In this document: positions 1 to 9,395 of the stretch, piece after piece
Numbering within the stretch: position 1 is the first letter of the stretch
Layout of the letters: each line of letters starts with the position of its first letter
Assembly: GCA_947085185.1 (NCBI GenBank)
Contig: CAMTVK010000002.1
Location: 181,995-245,994, forward strand
DNA length: 64,000 nt
Source of the DNA: Candidatus Fraserbacteria bacterium
GTDB lineage: Bacteria > Bipolaricaulota > Bipolaricaulia > RBG-16-55-9 > DRXL01
Direction: 5' to 3'
The notes under the pieces: generated by a model
Seen by the model: the letters and a program-made list of their open reading frames with translations, nothing else
What the model was told of the DNA's origin: nothing
Databases searched by the model: none
Program-made: the position numbers and the translations under genes

Positions 1-210
1 AGCGACAAAGCTTGCGATTCCACTTAGGAGTGCTTGAAACTGCACGCGCGTGATCTTGCCTTGTGTCAGAAGCTCTTGCGGGACTTCACGGTACTCCTGC
101 AAAAGAGCAGGCGAGACCCATGGTTGAGTCTTGCGTATCGCCAGACGAAGCGCCTCAGCTGGAACCCCACCGAACGCAAATGCTGAGATGAGAACGTTGG
201 TATCAACCAC
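1..210 (-). CDS. PIN-domain toxin (partial, runs off window start)
   Basis: Manual translation VVDTNVLISAFAFGGVPAEALRLAI...VSPALLQEYREV is a typical PIN N-terminus; overlaps the stop of the upstream small ORF. Confidence 0.8.
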   Translation of the reverse strand, partial: MVDTNVLISAFAFGGVPAEALRLAIRKTQPWVSPALLQEYREVPQELLTQGKITRVQFQALLSGIASFVA

Positions 211-403
211 GGCCCTTGGCTTGACGCTCGTAGATGCGGCGACGGACTTTTTGGATAGCTGCTTCAAGGTCCTCCATGCTTAAGGTACTATCTCGAAAGG
301 CCGTGCGGGCGAGCTTCAGGGCTGCTTCCAGGCGCTCTTGCGGAGTCAAAGCATCCAGGATAAACTCTTCGAGGCGCTTCGCTGTCTTCATAGAGCTCAT
401 CAA
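203..403 (-). CDS. Putative antitoxin partner of the PIN toxin
   Basis: 66-aa helical ORF overlapping the PIN gene start. Confidence 0.6.
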   Translation of the reverse strand: MMSSMKTAKRLEEFILDALTPQERLEAALKLARTAFRDSTLSMEDLEAAIQKVRRRIYERQAKGRG

Positions 404-414
404 CGCTATTATAA

Positions 415-1089
415 CTAAAAGGTTCGCTTCGGCTCAACGCACCCTGGTTGGTCGTTTGCCGGGGAGTTCACAAGCGATGAGACTTCAAAGAGCTCCAGCT
501 CCTCAGCACGATATGGGCGCAAGAGGCGCTCTAACTCTGCACGCGCTTTCGGCGACGGATCCAGCCAGAAATCTTCTAACTCTTTGGGCACGATGACCGG
601 CATGCGATCGTGAATGGGCGCAAGAAGCTCATTCGGTTCTGTCGTGACGATCGTGCACGTCTTGAGAGTCTGCCCTTCGGGGGATCTCCACGACTCCCAC
701 AGGCCGGCGAACCCAAAGGGCTCTTTGGATTTGAGCCGAATATAGACGGGGATCTTCTTGCCCTGAGAGGTCCGTCTCCATTCGTAAAAGCCATCAGCAA
801 GAATGAGACAGCGGCGCTGCTTCGCAGCATCGCGAAAGCTCGGCTTCTCACATAGAGTCTCGGCACGAGCGTTGATCAGCTTATTCCCGATCTTGGGGTC
901 CTTAGCCCACTGAGGGATCAAGCCCCATCGAAAGCTCTCTATGCGCTGGCCATGCACATCGGCGATCAGCGCGAGGATCTCTTGCGTTGGTGCAATATTA
1001 TATCGGGGGCGATAGCTCGCCGGGACAGCGACCCCAAAGCGGGCCTCGATCTTCTCTGCCGAAAGCGTCAGCGAAAATCGTCCGCACAT
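415..1089 (-). CDS. SOS response-associated peptidase (SRAP/YedK/HMCES family)
   Basis: N-terminal MCGRF, RYNIAPTQ, NARAET, GFYEW, HDRMPV. Confidence 0.95.
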   Translation of the reverse strand: MCGRFSLTLSAEKIEARFGVAVPASYRPRYNIAPTQEILALIADVHGQRIESFRWGLIPQWAKDPKIGNKLINARAETLCEKPSFRDAAKQRRCLILADGFYEWRRTSQGKKIPVYIRLKSKEPFGFAGLWESWRSPEGQTLKTCTIVTTEPNELLAPIHDRMPVIVPKELEDFWLDPSPKARAELERLLRPYRAEELELFEVSSLVNSPANDQPGCVEPKRTF

Positions 1090-1095
1090 AGGCAC

Positions 1096-1554
1096 TCACA
1101 CAATGGGGAAAGCTCGCCCTTCGAGCTCCTCGATGCGCCGTCGGACTTCTTGGGGGATTGGGGCTTTGCGGCGCTCTCGATAGTTGTACGAGACGATGAC
1201 CCCATCCCCCTCGGCCGCGATCTTCTGAAGCTTTTGGCTGAAGATCTTGAACTGCATGGTGAAGCGATCTGTGCCCATCTGTGAGACCCGGATCCCCACA
1301 GAGATTCTATCGGGGTAGGTGAGGGGGCGCTTAAAATCACAGCGCGCCGACGCCAAGATCGGGCCGATACCCGTGGCGTTCATCGTCTCGATATGCCCGA
1401 TCCTCTCAAGATACGCGATGCGAGCGCTCTCAAAATACCGAAAATACGAGACGTTGTTGACGTGCTGCAACGCGTCCATCTCACCCCACTGAACGGGCAG
1501 CTCGACGACTACGGGGAAACCCTCTAAATCTTTGGGTGTTGAATCAGCACTCAT
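1096..1554 (-). CDS. Acyl-CoA thioesterase (4HBT/YbgC hotdog family)
   Basis: [23 protein letters not shown] motif. Confidence 0.9.
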   Translation of the reverse strand: MSADSTPKDLEGFPVVVELPVQWGEMDALQHVNNVSYFRYFESARIAYLERIGHIETMNATGIGPILASARCDFKRPLTYPDRISVGIRVSQMGTDRFTMQFKIFSQKLQKIAAEGDGVIVSYNYRERRKAPIPQEVRRRIEELEGRAFPIV

Positions 1555-1955
1555 CTTCGGAGTTTGCGCACTTCGGCCCGCATGAAATCTATAATCTCTT
1601 GGGTCGAAGTCCCCGGCCCAAAGAGCCCCTTCACCCCCATCGCTTCAAGCAGGGGCTTGTCCTCGTCAGGGATGATCCCCCCGCCCACCAAGAGCACATC
1701 GTCCATCCCATAGTGCTTCATGAGCTCCGTGATCTTTCTGAAGATCACAAGATGGGCCCCAGAGAGAATACTCACCCCGATGACGTCTACGTCTTCTTGG
1801 AGGGCCGCCTTGACGATCTGTTCAGGGGTGTTGTGCAACCCCGTATAGATCACTTCCATCCCGGCATCGCGCAACGCCCGGGCGATCACTTTGACCCCAC
1901 GGTCGTGTCCGTCTAGGCCAGCTTTGGCCATCAAGACCTTGATCGGACGGTCCAT
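1551..1955 (-). CDS. icmB: Cobalamin-binding small subunit of acyl-CoA mutase
   Basis: GLDGHDRG (DxHxxG) motif; ATG 1955 directly follows the large-subunit stop. Confidence 0.85.
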   Translation of the reverse strand: MDRPIKVLMAKAGLDGHDRGVKVIARALRDAGMEVIYTGLHNTPEQIVKAALQEDVDVIGVSILSGAHLVIFRKITELMKHYGMDDVLLVGGGIIPDEDKPLLEAMGVKGLFGPGTSTQEIIDFMRAEVRKLRR

Positions 1956-1956
1956 A

Positions 1957-3582
1957 CTACACCAAGGCGGGCTCACGATATGCCCCGTGCACCTTCTTCA
2001 ACACCTCCATGATCTCGCCCACGCTCGCGTAGGCTTTGACGGCTTCTATAATATAGGGCATCGTATTCTCTTGTGTGCGGGCGGCCTGCTCCAAGCGCGC
2101 CAAGGCCCGCGTGACCGCCCCGTTATCACGCTCGGCCCGCACCCTCGCAAGACGCTCGATCTGCCGGCGTTGGACCTCCGGGTCCACCCGCAAGATCTTG
2201 ACTCTCTCGTCCTCGCAGATCGTGTACTTATTTACCCCAACGATGATCTGCTCCCCAGACTCGACTTGCTTCTGGTATTCGTAAGCCGCCTGGGCGATCT
2301 CCCTTTGGAAGAACCCGTTCTCGATCCCTGCAAAGACGCCCTCGAGGATGCTGCCGTGCCCCATCTCCTCGATCTTCTTTATATATGTATGCGCGGCGCG
2401 TTCCATCTCGTTGGTGAGAGATTCCACAAAATAGCTGCCCCCCAACGGGTCGATTGTGTCAGCGACCCCCGACTCATACGCGATGATCTGCTGGGTTCTC
2501 AGCGCGATTCTCACGGCTTCTTCGCTGGGTAGAGCTAATGCTTCATCATACGAATTGGTGTGTAAGCTCTGGGTGCCTCCCAAGACCGCCGCGAGGGCTT
2601 GGATCGTGACGCGAATGATATTATTGAGGGGCTGCTGCTCGGTGAGCGAGCATCCTGCTGTCTGGGTGTGAAAGCGGAGCTTCCAGCTTTCTGGGTTTTT
2701 GGCGCCGTAGCGCTCGCGCATCACGCGGGCCCAGATCCTGCGCGCGGCTCTGAATTTGGCGATCTCCTCAAAGAACGAATTATGGGCATTGAAGAAGAAG
2801 CTGAGCTGCGGCCCCAGCTGGTCGATATCTATGCCGCGCCGCAGAGCCGCTTCGACGTAGGCCATGCCATCGGCAAGCGTAAATGCCAGTTCTTGGAGAG
2901 CTGTGGCGCCCGCCTCCCGAATGTGATACCCCGAGATGCTGATGAGATTGAAGTTGGGTGTCTCTTTGATCCCGAACTCAAAGATATCGACGATGAGGTC
3001 TACCGAGGGGCGCGGAGGGATGACCCATTCTTTTTGGGCGATGAATTCTTTGAGCATATCGTTCTGGATGGTGCCGCGCAGCTTCTCTCTTGGAACGCCC
3101 TGTTTGTCGGCGATGGCCATGTACATAGCGTAGATGACGGGGGCGCTGGGGTTGATGGTAAAGCTTGTCGAGACTTGCTCTAATGGGATGCCGTCGAAGA
3201 GGATCTCGAAGTCTTTGAGGGTATCTATGGCGACGCCTTCGACGCCCACTTCTCCATCGGCGAGGGGGTGATCGCTATCTAACCCCATCAAGGTGGGCAT
3301 ATCGAAGGCGGTGGACAGGCCGGTTTGCCCTTCACTTAAGAGATATTTAAAGCGCTGGTTGGTCTCTTCTGGGCCGCCGAAGCCCGCGAATTGTCTCATG
3401 GTCCACAGCCTTCCCCGGTACATGGTGGGGTAGATGCCGCGGGTGAATGGGAATTCTCCTGGGGAGCCCAGATCGCGTTCGTAGTCGAGGTCTTTGATAT
3501 CGTGGGGGGTATAGAGTCGTCTGATGGGGTAGTTGGAGACCGTGATGAATCGGTCTTTTCGTTCTGGGGTCTTTTCGGTCAT
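1957..3582 (-). CDS. icmA: B12-dependent acyl-CoA mutase large subunit, isobutyryl-CoA mutase type
   Basis: [64 protein letters not shown] before ATG 3582. Confidence 0.85.
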   Translation of the reverse strand: MTEKTPERKDRFITVSNYPIRRLYTPHDIKDLDYERDLGSPGEFPFTRGIYPTMYRGRLWTMRQFAGFGGPEETNQRFKYLLSEGQTGLSTAFDMPTLMGLDSDHPLADGEVGVEGVAIDTLKDFEILFDGIPLEQVSTSFTINPSAPVIYAMYMAIADKQGVPREKLRGTIQNDMLKEFIAQKEWVIPPRPSVDLIVDIFEFGIKETPNFNLISISGYHIREAGATALQELAFTLADGMAYVEAALRRGIDIDQLGPQLSFFFNAHNSFFEEIAKFRAARRIWARVMRERYGAKNPESWKLRFHTQTAGCSLTEQQPLNNIIRVTIQALAAVLGGTQSLHTNSYDEALALPSEEAVRIALRTQQIIAYESGVADTIDPLGGSYFVESLTNEMERAAHTYIKKIEEMGHGSILEGVFAGIENGFFQREIAQAAYEYQKQVESGEQIIVGVNKYTICEDERVKILRVDPEVQRRQIERLARVRAERDNGAVTRALARLEQAARTQENTMPYIIEAVKAYASVGEIMEVLKKVHGAYREPALV

Positions 3583-3651
3583 GGGTCGTTCCTCCTTGCG
3601 CAGCTTATTATAATATATCGGTGGCCGCTGTGCACAGCTAACGGAAAATCC

Positions 3652-3680
3652 TTGACAGCTCGTGGGGAGCCCCTTATAAT
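3652..3680 (+). promoter_or_regulatory. Sigma70-type promoter of the clpC operon
   Basis: Perfect TTGACA-17 bp-TATAAT. Confidence 0.85.
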
Positions 3681-3717
3681 CGAGCGGGCTGCAACAGCCT
3701 GAAGGGAGCACCCGACG

Positions 3718-6153
3718 ATGCATGACATGTACAATCTCTTCTCACGCGAGGCCCAGCAAGCCATCGGCATCGCCTACAAAGAAGCCGAGGCCTGGGGCCA
3801 TGACTACGTGGGCACCGAACACTTGCTCTTAGCATTCACAAAGATGCGCACCTCCGAAGTCTGTAAGTTCTTAGAGGCCAATGGCGTCACCTACCAGCGA
3901 GTATCCCGCGAGATCGAACACGAGGTCGGCAGGGGCCAGTCGCGCTTCATCCCCACCGAACTCCACCCCACCCCTCAACTCAAACGCATCATTACGCGCT
4001 CGTATGAAGAGACCCGTCGCTATGGCCACACCCTCATCGCTGCCGAAGATCTCTTGCTCGCTCTCTTGGAAGAGGGGCAAAACATCGCGGCCCAGATCTT
4101 ACAGCGCGCGGGAATTGACATCGCCAAGGTGCGTCGGTATCTCTCGCCCCTGCAGGCCAATCTCGTGGGAAGTCGCACCAAGCGCGACGACCGCTCCAAA
4201 TGGAAAAATTTTGAATACGGGCGCAATTTAGTCGAAGAAGCCCGCGCGGGCCGGCTCGACCCCGTCATCGGCCGCGAACGCGAGATCACCAGAATCATCC
4301 AGACCCTCTCCCGCAGAAAGAAGAATAACCCCGTGGTCGTGGGCGAGCCCGGCGTAGGCAAGACCGCGATTGTTGAGGGGCTGGCGCAACGCATCGCCTC
4401 CGGGGATGTGCCCGCCCCGCTCTTGGGCAAAGAGATCATTGAGCTCGATATGGCCGCCATCGTCGCGGGCACCAAATATCGCGGGGAGTTCGAACAGCGC
4501 CTCAAAGCGATCGTCAATGCCGTGATCGAATCTGGGAATGTCATTCTCTTTATTGATGAGCTGCACACAGTCGTTGGGGCCGGCGGGGCCGAGGGTGCTA
4601 TTGACGCTTCCGCGATCTTAAAGCCCCCGCTGGCATCTGGGCTCATCCAGTGTATTGGGACGGCGACGCTCGACGAATACCGAAAGTATATAGAAAAAGA
4701 CGCAGCCTTGGAGCGACGCTTCAAGAAGATTTTAGTCGAAGAGCCCTCGATCGAAGCGGCGGTCCAGATTCTCAAGGGGCTGCGCCCGCGCTATGAAGCG
4801 CACCACCGGGTGAAGATCACCGACGGGGCGCTCTATGCCGCAGCCAAGCTCGCCGATCGCTATATTACCGATCACTTCTTGCCGGATAAAGCGATCGATC
4901 TCATAGACGAGACGGCGGCCAAGAAGAGATTAGAGACGAGCTCCTTCTCCCCAGAGATCCGGGAGTTAGAAAACCAGCTGCGCGAGCTGGCGGAGCAGAA
5001 GAACGCGGCGATCAGCGAGCAAGATTATGAGCGTGCGGCGCAGCTGCGCGATCGAGAACGCAGCGTGCAGGAGCGCTTGCGCGAGCTGAAGATGGAATTT
5101 CGCGAATACGAGGCGGTCGTCACCGAAGACGACATCGCTCAGATGGTCTCCAGCTGGACGGGCGTGCCCGTGGGCCACATGAAGATGGAGGAATCCAAGC
5201 GCGTCTTAACTATGGAACAAGAGATCCATAAGCGCTACATTGACCAAGAAGAAGCAGTCAAGGCGGTGGCGCGCGCTATTCGGAGGGCCTACGCAGGGGT
5301 CAAAGACCCCAAGCGCCCTATCGGAAGCTTCTTGTTCTTGGGGCCTACCGGTGTGGGCAAGACCGAGCTGGCCAAAGCCATTGCCGAGTTTCTCTTCGGC
5401 GATGAGGAGGCGCTCATCCGCATTGATATGTCCGAGTATATGGAGCGCTTCTCGGTGTCGCGGCTGATTGGGGCGCCGCCGGGCTACGTGGGCTACGAAG
5501 AGGCCGGCGAACTGACCGAAGCCGTCCGAAGAAGACCCTATTCTGTCGTGCTCTTCGATGAGATCGAGAAAGCTCATCGAGACGTGTTCAATATTCTCTT
5601 ACAGGTGATGGACGACGGGGCTTTGACAGACTCTCAGGGCCGTCGCGTGGACTTCAGAAATACCGTGTTAATTATGACGAGCAACATCGGCTCCAAGACG
5701 ATCACCGATCGGGTGACCTTGGGGTTTGGCACGGAGTCGGAAGTGGACTCCCCAGAGTCGTACAAAGAGATGCGCAGCCGCGTCATGGGCGAAGTCAAAG
5801 AGTTCTTCCGCCCGGAATTTCTCAACCGTCTCGATGATATAATAGTCTTCCATCAGCACACCAGAGAGAATATCTATCAGATAGCGGAGCTGAAGCTGCG
5901 GGAGCTGGCGGAGCGCTTGCGCGAGCGCGAGATCTTCATCTCGGTCACCGAAGACGCCAAAGAGCTGCTCATCAAGGAGGGCTACGACCCAAAGTACGGG
6001 GCTCGCCCTCTGGTACGCACGCTCGAAAGGCTCATAGAGAACCCGATCTCGGACAAGATCTTAGAAGGGGAGTTCGCCAAGGGCGATTCGATCGTGATTG
6101 ACGCGAAAGATCACCAGATCTGCTTCTTGAAGAAGACGCCGGAGTTGATCTGA
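3718..6153 (+). CDS. clpC: ATP-dependent Clp protease ATPase ClpC
   Basis: Clp-N repeats, two Walker A motifs ([16 protein letters not shown]), UVR coiled coil; clpC-radA-disA synteny. Confidence 0.95.
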   Translation: MHDMYNLFSREAQQAIGIAYKEAEAWGHDYVGTEHLLLAFTKMRTSEVCKFLEANGVTYQRVSREIEHEVGRGQSRFIPTELHPTPQLKRIITRSYEETRRYGHTLIAAEDLLLALLEEGQNIAAQILQRAGIDIAKVRRYLSPLQANLVGSRTKRDDRSKWKNFEYGRNLVEEARAGRLDPVIGREREITRIIQTLSRRKKNNPVVVGEPGVGKTAIVEGLAQRIASGDVPAPLLGKEIIELDMAAIVAGTKYRGEFEQRLKAIVNAVIESGNVILFIDELHTVVGAGGAEGAIDASAILKPPLASGLIQCIGTATLDEYRKYIEKDAALERRFKKILVEEPSIEAAVQILKGLRPRYEAHHRVKITDGALYAAAKLADRYITDHFLPDKAIDLIDETAAKKRLETSSFSPEIRELENQLRELAEQKNAAISEQDYERAAQLRDRERSVQERLRELKMEFREYEAVVTEDDIAQMVSSWTGVPVGHMKMEESKRVLTMEQEIHKRYIDQEEAVKAVARAIRRAYAGVKDPKRPIGSFLFLGPTGVGKTELAKAIAEFLFGDEEALIRIDMSEYMERFSVSRLIGAPPGYVGYEEAGELTEAVRRRPYSVVLFDEIEKAHRDVFNILLQVMDDGALTDSQGRRVDFRNTVLIMTSNIGSKTITDRVTLGFGTESEVDSPESYKEMRSRVMGEVKEFFRPEFLNRLDDIIVFHQHTRENIYQIAELKLRELAERLREREIFISVTEDAKELLIKEGYDPKYGARPLVRTLERLIENPISDKILEGEFAKGDSIVIDAKDHQICFLKKTPELI

Positions 6154-6160
6154 GAGAGCT

Positions 6161-7498
6161 ATGTTCCACTGCCGATCCTGCGGCTACGCCTCGCTGAAGT
6201 GGCTAGGGCGCTGTCCGCAGTGCGGCCAGTGGGGGAGCTTGGCTGAAACGACAGAGAGTAGGGGCACGTTGCAACGTGCCCCTACCATCCAGCCCCTCGC
6301 CACAATTCCCCTCCAAGAGGCGCAGCGCCGACCGACCCAGATCGCCGAATTCGATCGGGTTATGGGGGGAGGGCTGATCGCCGGGTCGGTGATCTTAGTG
6401 GGTGGGGAGCCAGGGATCGGCAAGTCCACGCTCTTGCTCCAAGTAGCTGCGCGGCTCGCCACGGATGCTTCGCGTCCCGTGCTCTATATCTCTGGCGAAG
6501 AGTCTCCAGGACAGATCAAGCTGCGCGCGGAGCGCCTGGCCCTCACAGATACAGAGAACCTGCTCATCGTCCACGAGCAGAGCCTCCACGCGCTCTGCCA
6601 CCACGTGCGGCAGACCCAAGCGTCAGCCGTTATTGTCGATTCGATTCAGACGATCTTCCCCGAGGGCGCCCTCGAGGGCCTGGGGACGACCCACCAAGTC
6701 GGCCAGGCGACTTTTGAGCTGATTCAACTGGCGCGAGCAGAGAAGATCCCAATATTTCTCATTGGGCACATCACCAAAGCCGGGGACTTTGCCGGGCCTA
6801 AAGCGGTCGAGCACTTAGTCGACGTGGCGCTCTATCTTGAGGGCGGGCGGGAGAGCGACGTGCGGATAGTCCGAGCCGTGAAGAATCGCTTCGGTTCGAC
6901 AGAAGAGATCGGGGTCTTCCAGATGACCGAGGCGGGCCTAGTCGAGATCGCCAACCCATCACAGTTTTTCACAGAACGAATCGGGCCGGTGCCTCCAGGG
7001 TCGGTGATCGTCCCCACGGTAGAGGGCACACGCCCGATCTTAGTAGAAATTCAAGCGCTTGTGGCGTTCACGCGCTCGAACTACCCGCAGCGCCGCGCCA
7101 CGGGATTGGATTTCAACAGGGTCGCTCTCTTAGTAGCTGTGATCGAGAAGCACCTAGGAGCACAGATCAGCGGGGAAGATATCTATGTGAATGTCGCCGG
7201 GGGGCTGTCGTTGCGTGAGACTGCTCTGGATTTGGGGATCGCGGCCGCGATCGTGTCGAGCTTCAAAGAGAGACCCATAGACGGTCAGACGGTGGTCGTG
7301 GGGGAGCTGGGGTTAGCTGGGGAGGTGCGGCGGGTGCGGAAGCTGCGGGAGCGGCTCGCGGAAGCCGCCAAGCTCGGCTACCGCCGAGCTCTTGTTCCTG
7401 GTGGGGAGGCAGGAGGAGCGAAAGATCTTGCGCCGGGCGGGATGGAGGTCTGCCCGGTGCGCACGATCCGCCAGGCCATGGAGGCGTTGGGAATCTAA
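6161..7498 (+). CDS. radA: DNA repair protein RadA/Sms
   Basis: C4 Zn finger, GEPGIGKST, KNRFG, Lon-like C-terminus. Confidence 0.97.
   Translation: MFHCRSCGYASLKWLGRCPQCGQWGSLAETTESRGTLQRAPTIQPLATIPLQEAQRRPTQIAEFDRVMGGGLIAGSVILVGGEPGIGKSTLLLQVAARLATDASRPVLYISGEESPGQIKLRAERLALTDTENLLIVHEQSLHALCHHVRQTQASAVIVDSIQTIFPEGALEGLGTTHQVGQATFELIQLARAEKIPIFLIGHITKAGDFAGPKAVEHLVDVALYLEGGRESDVRIVRAVKNRFGSTEEIGVFQMTEAGLVEIANPSQFFTERIGPVPPGSVIVPTVEGTRPILVEIQALVAFTRSNYPQRRATGLDFNRVALLVAVIEKHLGAQISGEDIYVNVAGGLSLRETALDLGIAAAIVSSFKERPIDGQTVVVGELGLAGEVRRVRKLRERLAEAAKLGYRRALVPGGEAGGAKDLAPGGMEVCPVRTIRQAMEALGI
6258..6285. repeat. GTAG-type REP palindrome inside radA
   Basis: GTAGGGGCACGTTGCAACGTGCCCCTAC, identical to copies at 32102 and 34457. 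Confidence 0.92.
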
Positions 7499-8562
7499 TG
7501 CCCAAGAGCGTTCGGGAAGAGGGCTTTCTCAGAGTTTTAGAGAAGGTCGCGCCGGGGACGCCCCTGCGCGAGGCGATCAACTCTATTGTGCAGATGCGCA
7601 ACGGCGGGTTAATAGTCTTATCAGACTTAGAGAGAGCGCGCCAGGTCGTGCAGGCGGGCTTCTTTCTTGATACAGAATTCACCCCGCAGCGGGTCGTGGA
7701 GCTTTCTAAGATGGACCGAGCTATTGTCATTGACGAGGATCTCAAGAGAATCTACTATGCAAACGCGTATCTTGTGCCCGATCCGTTCATCCCCTCCAAT
7801 GAGACCGGCACGCGGCATTTAACTGCCGAAAGAGTCGCCAAACAGCTGAACGTGGCCACGGTCGCCATCTCCGCCGAGCGCATGGGAAGGGTCACTATCT
7901 ACTACGGGCCGATCCGATACGTCTTGCAAGATATTTTGGTCTTGAGTGCGCGGGTCAACCAAGCGCTGCGCATTCTTGAGCAGTATCGGGTTACGTACAA
8001 TGAACTCGCTCAAGAGCTGATGGCCCTGGAGCTGGAGGGGCGGGTCTTGCCCTATCACGTCGCCAATATCTTGCAGAACATCGTGCAGATTTTAGATACT
8101 GAAGAAGAGATTCAGCGGTGGTTTGTGGAGCTAGGTGAGGAGCGACATCTCTTTGAAGTCTTATTGGAGTGGCTCATGGTGGGGGTTAAAGAACAAGCCG
8201 AGCTGATAGTCCGGGATTTTCAAGCCAATCGCAAGGCCCCCAAGACGATCCTTGAAGAGATTCGGCAACTCTCCCCAGAGGAGCTGCTCTCGACCGAGAA
8301 GATCTTAGAGATTTTGGGGTACGAAAGCAGTGAAGAGCTGCTCGATCGGGTCTTGCCGTCGCGGGGCTATCGGGTGCTCAGTCAAATCCCCCGGCTCCCC
8401 ATGGCGGTGATCGAGGATGTCGTGAACGCGTTTGGCACGTTGCGCGCGATATTGCGGGCCACCGAGAAAGATCTCATGGAGGTGAAGGGGGTTGCGGAGG
8501 TGCGAGCGCGCGCGATCCGTGCGGGGCTGCGCAGATTGAAGAACACTTTGATTGGGGTATGA
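7498..8562 (+). CDS. disA: DNA integrity scanning protein DisA (variant DAC motifs)
   Basis: VAPGTPLRE, ETGTRH, C-terminal HhH (GYRVLSQIPRLP); follows radA. Confidence 0.92.
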   Translation: MPKSVREEGFLRVLEKVAPGTPLREAINSIVQMRNGGLIVLSDLERARQVVQAGFFLDTEFTPQRVVELSKMDRAIVIDEDLKRIYYANAYLVPDPFIPSNETGTRHLTAERVAKQLNVATVAISAERMGRVTIYYGPIRYVLQDILVLSARVNQALRILEQYRVTYNELAQELMALELEGRVLPYHVANILQNIVQILDTEEEIQRWFVELGEERHLFEVLLEWLMVGVKEQAELIVRDFQANRKAPKTILEEIRQLSPEELLSTEKILEILGYESSEELLDRVLPSRGYRVLSQIPRLPMAVIEDVVNAFGTLRAILRATEKDLMEVKGVAEVRARAIRAGLRRLKNTLIGV

Positions 8563-9395
8563 ACGCCGAGCTGAAACGACTCCACAAGGCCGCACGGTAT
8601 CTGATGAAGCACGTAGGGGCGCAAGCGCCCCTACGGGTCGGGCTTGTCTTGGGGTCAGGGCTTTCGGAGGTGCTTGGGGAGCTTGAGGGGGCGCAGCGCT
8701 TCTTGTGGGAGGAGATCCCCTATTTCCCGCGGCCCACTGTGGTGGGCCATGCGGGGGAGTGGGTCTTTGGGGATCTAGAGAACACATCAGTTCTCATCTC
8801 GCGGGGGCGGGTGCACTTCTATGAAGGGTACTCGATGAGCGAGATCGTCTTCCCCATCCGAGTGATGAAGCTTTTGGGAATAGAAAGAGTTATTCTGACG
8901 AACGCCGCCGGGGCGATCAACCAAGACTTTGCTGTTGGGGATTTCGTGCTCATTCGCGATCATATCAATATGATCCCGGACAATCCGTTGCGTGGGGAGA
9001 ATATTGCGGAGCTGGGGCCGCGATTTCCTAATCTCTTGGATGCGTATAGCGCTCGGTTGCGCTCGCTGGCCAAAGAAGTCGCGGCGAGTTTGGGGATGGC
9101 GCTCAGGGAAGGGGTCTATGTAGCGACGCCCGGGCCGATGTACGAGACGCCTGCAGAGATCGAAGCGTACAGAAGATGGGGAGCTGATTTAGTTGGGATG
9201 AGCACGGTGCCCGAAGTGATCGCAGCCCGACATTGTGGGCTTGAAATTGTGGCGATCTCCGTGGTGACGAACATGGCGGCGGGGATTGGTACAGATAAGC
9301 TGACTCACGAAGAAGTGCTGGAGACTACGAGGCGACGTGAGAGAGATTTGGCGAAGCTCTTACGGGCGCTCGTGGCTCGGCTATCGTTTCGGTAA
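8559..9395 (+). CDS. punA: Purine-nucleoside phosphorylase (trimeric type)
   Basis: LGSGL, GRVHFYEG, LTNAAG, GPMYETPAE, VGMSTVPE. Confidence 0.92.
   Translation: MNAELKRLHKAARYLMKHVGAQAPLRVGLVLGSGLSEVLGELEGAQRFLWEEIPYFPRPTVVGHAGEWVFGDLENTSVLISRGRVHFYEGYSMSEIVFPIRVMKLLGIERVILTNAAGAINQDFAVGDFVLIRDHINMIPDNPLRGENIAELGPRFPNLLDAYSARLRSLAKEVAASLGMALREGVYVATPGPMYETPAEIEAYRRWGADLVGMSTVPEVIAARHCGLEIVAISVVTNMAAGIGTDKLTHEEVLETTRRRERDLAKLLRALVARLSFR
8612..8635. repeat. Short GTAG-type REP-like hairpin inside the PNP gene
   Basis: CGTAGGGGCGC-AA-GCGCCCCTACG, 11-bp perfect stem with the same GTAGGGGC/GCCCCTAC ends. Confidence 0.75.
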
